Source: Girardia tigrina (lineage: Eukaryota). From it: a stretch of 64,000 bases of DNA. Shown in pieces: positions 63,440 through 64,000 of this stretch. The stretch covers positions 8,584 through 72,583 of the forward strand of contig MQRK01226294.1 of NCBI GenBank assembly GCA_001938485.1, written 5' to 3'. Position 1 is the stretch's first letter; each line of letters starts with the position of its first letter. A program made the position numbers and the translations under genes. The notes beneath the pieces are model-generated. The model ran no database searches. It was not told where the DNA came from and saw only the letters and a list, made by a program, of their open reading frames with translations.

Positions 63440-64000
63440 CAGGCATGGTCAATAATTTTTGACCCAGGGCCAGATTGAAAAGGAAAGTTTTTTCACGGGC
63501 CGGACAAAATATTAAAATTAAAAAATATAAATAAAAAATATTAAAACAATACAAATTTATTATCAATTTTATTTATAAATAAATGCAAATAATTTAGTAT
63601 AACAAATTGTCAAAAAAACTAATGTGATGTATTGAGGCGCTTTCCATGGCATATTGTTTTCTTAATATGTGGCTCTAAACTTGTAGTAGCTATTTTAACA
63701 CAGATTTTAAATGTAAATCATTTAATCTTGATCTTGTTGTACTTTTATTTAGATTCATTAAAGAAAAAGTTTGTTCACATATAGATGTTGAGCTGAAGAT
63801 TACTAAATATTTCTTTGCAAGCTTTTTTAAATTACCGCTTTATCCATTATTTCATTGCTTATAAAAATTGCAGAATTTTTCTTGCTCTTTTCGATATTTA
63901 TAGTGTAATAATTCATCACATTGTAAATTTATTATTTCTAATTGTATATCAACATGAACGTCATATACATGTACAGAAAATGGATTTCAGATAACGGATT
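63440..64000 (-). mobile_element. hAT (Charlie/SPIN-like) element 3' end, runs off the window
   Basis: TIR CAGGCATGGTCAA after the target-like GTCTAGAT. The minus strand encodes FSSTSICEQTFSLMNLNKSTTRSRLNDLHL. Confidence 0.85.

Overview
This is very AT-rich eukaryotic (animal) genomic DNA, not prokaryotic. It has GT-AG introns of about 50-57 nt alongside multi-kb introns and three N gaps (4036-4189, about 7001-7157, 21847-21941). The style is compatible with a flatworm such as a planarian, but that is inference only. Two minus-strand host genes could be rebuilt by hand. The first is a complete 8-exon NADH-cytochrome b5 reductase (17508->1443, 303 aa). The second is the last two coding exons (33851-33617 and 18927-18512) of a NALCN auxiliary subunit gene (FAM155/NALF/NLF-1, Mid1-like Cys-rich domain); its 5' exons were not found in the window. 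Most other recognisable sequence is transposon-derived: mariner, DD37E, Tc1, Tigger/pogo, several hAT elements with verifiable 8-bp TSDs, piggyBac, Gypsy, BEL/Pao, Penelope and Helitron, often nested. The most notable items are: an intron-less GALNT lectin-domain fragment inside a 1.3-kb insertion that splits a Gypsy integrase; a minimal hammerhead ribozyme separated from its Penelope element by a composite Helitron; an intact DD37E transposase ORF with no visible TIRs; and repeated short local direct or inverted duplications. I found no CRISPR, rRNA or tRNA, and no clear evidence of a wholly new multi-gene system. All family assignments come from motif recognition without database searches.
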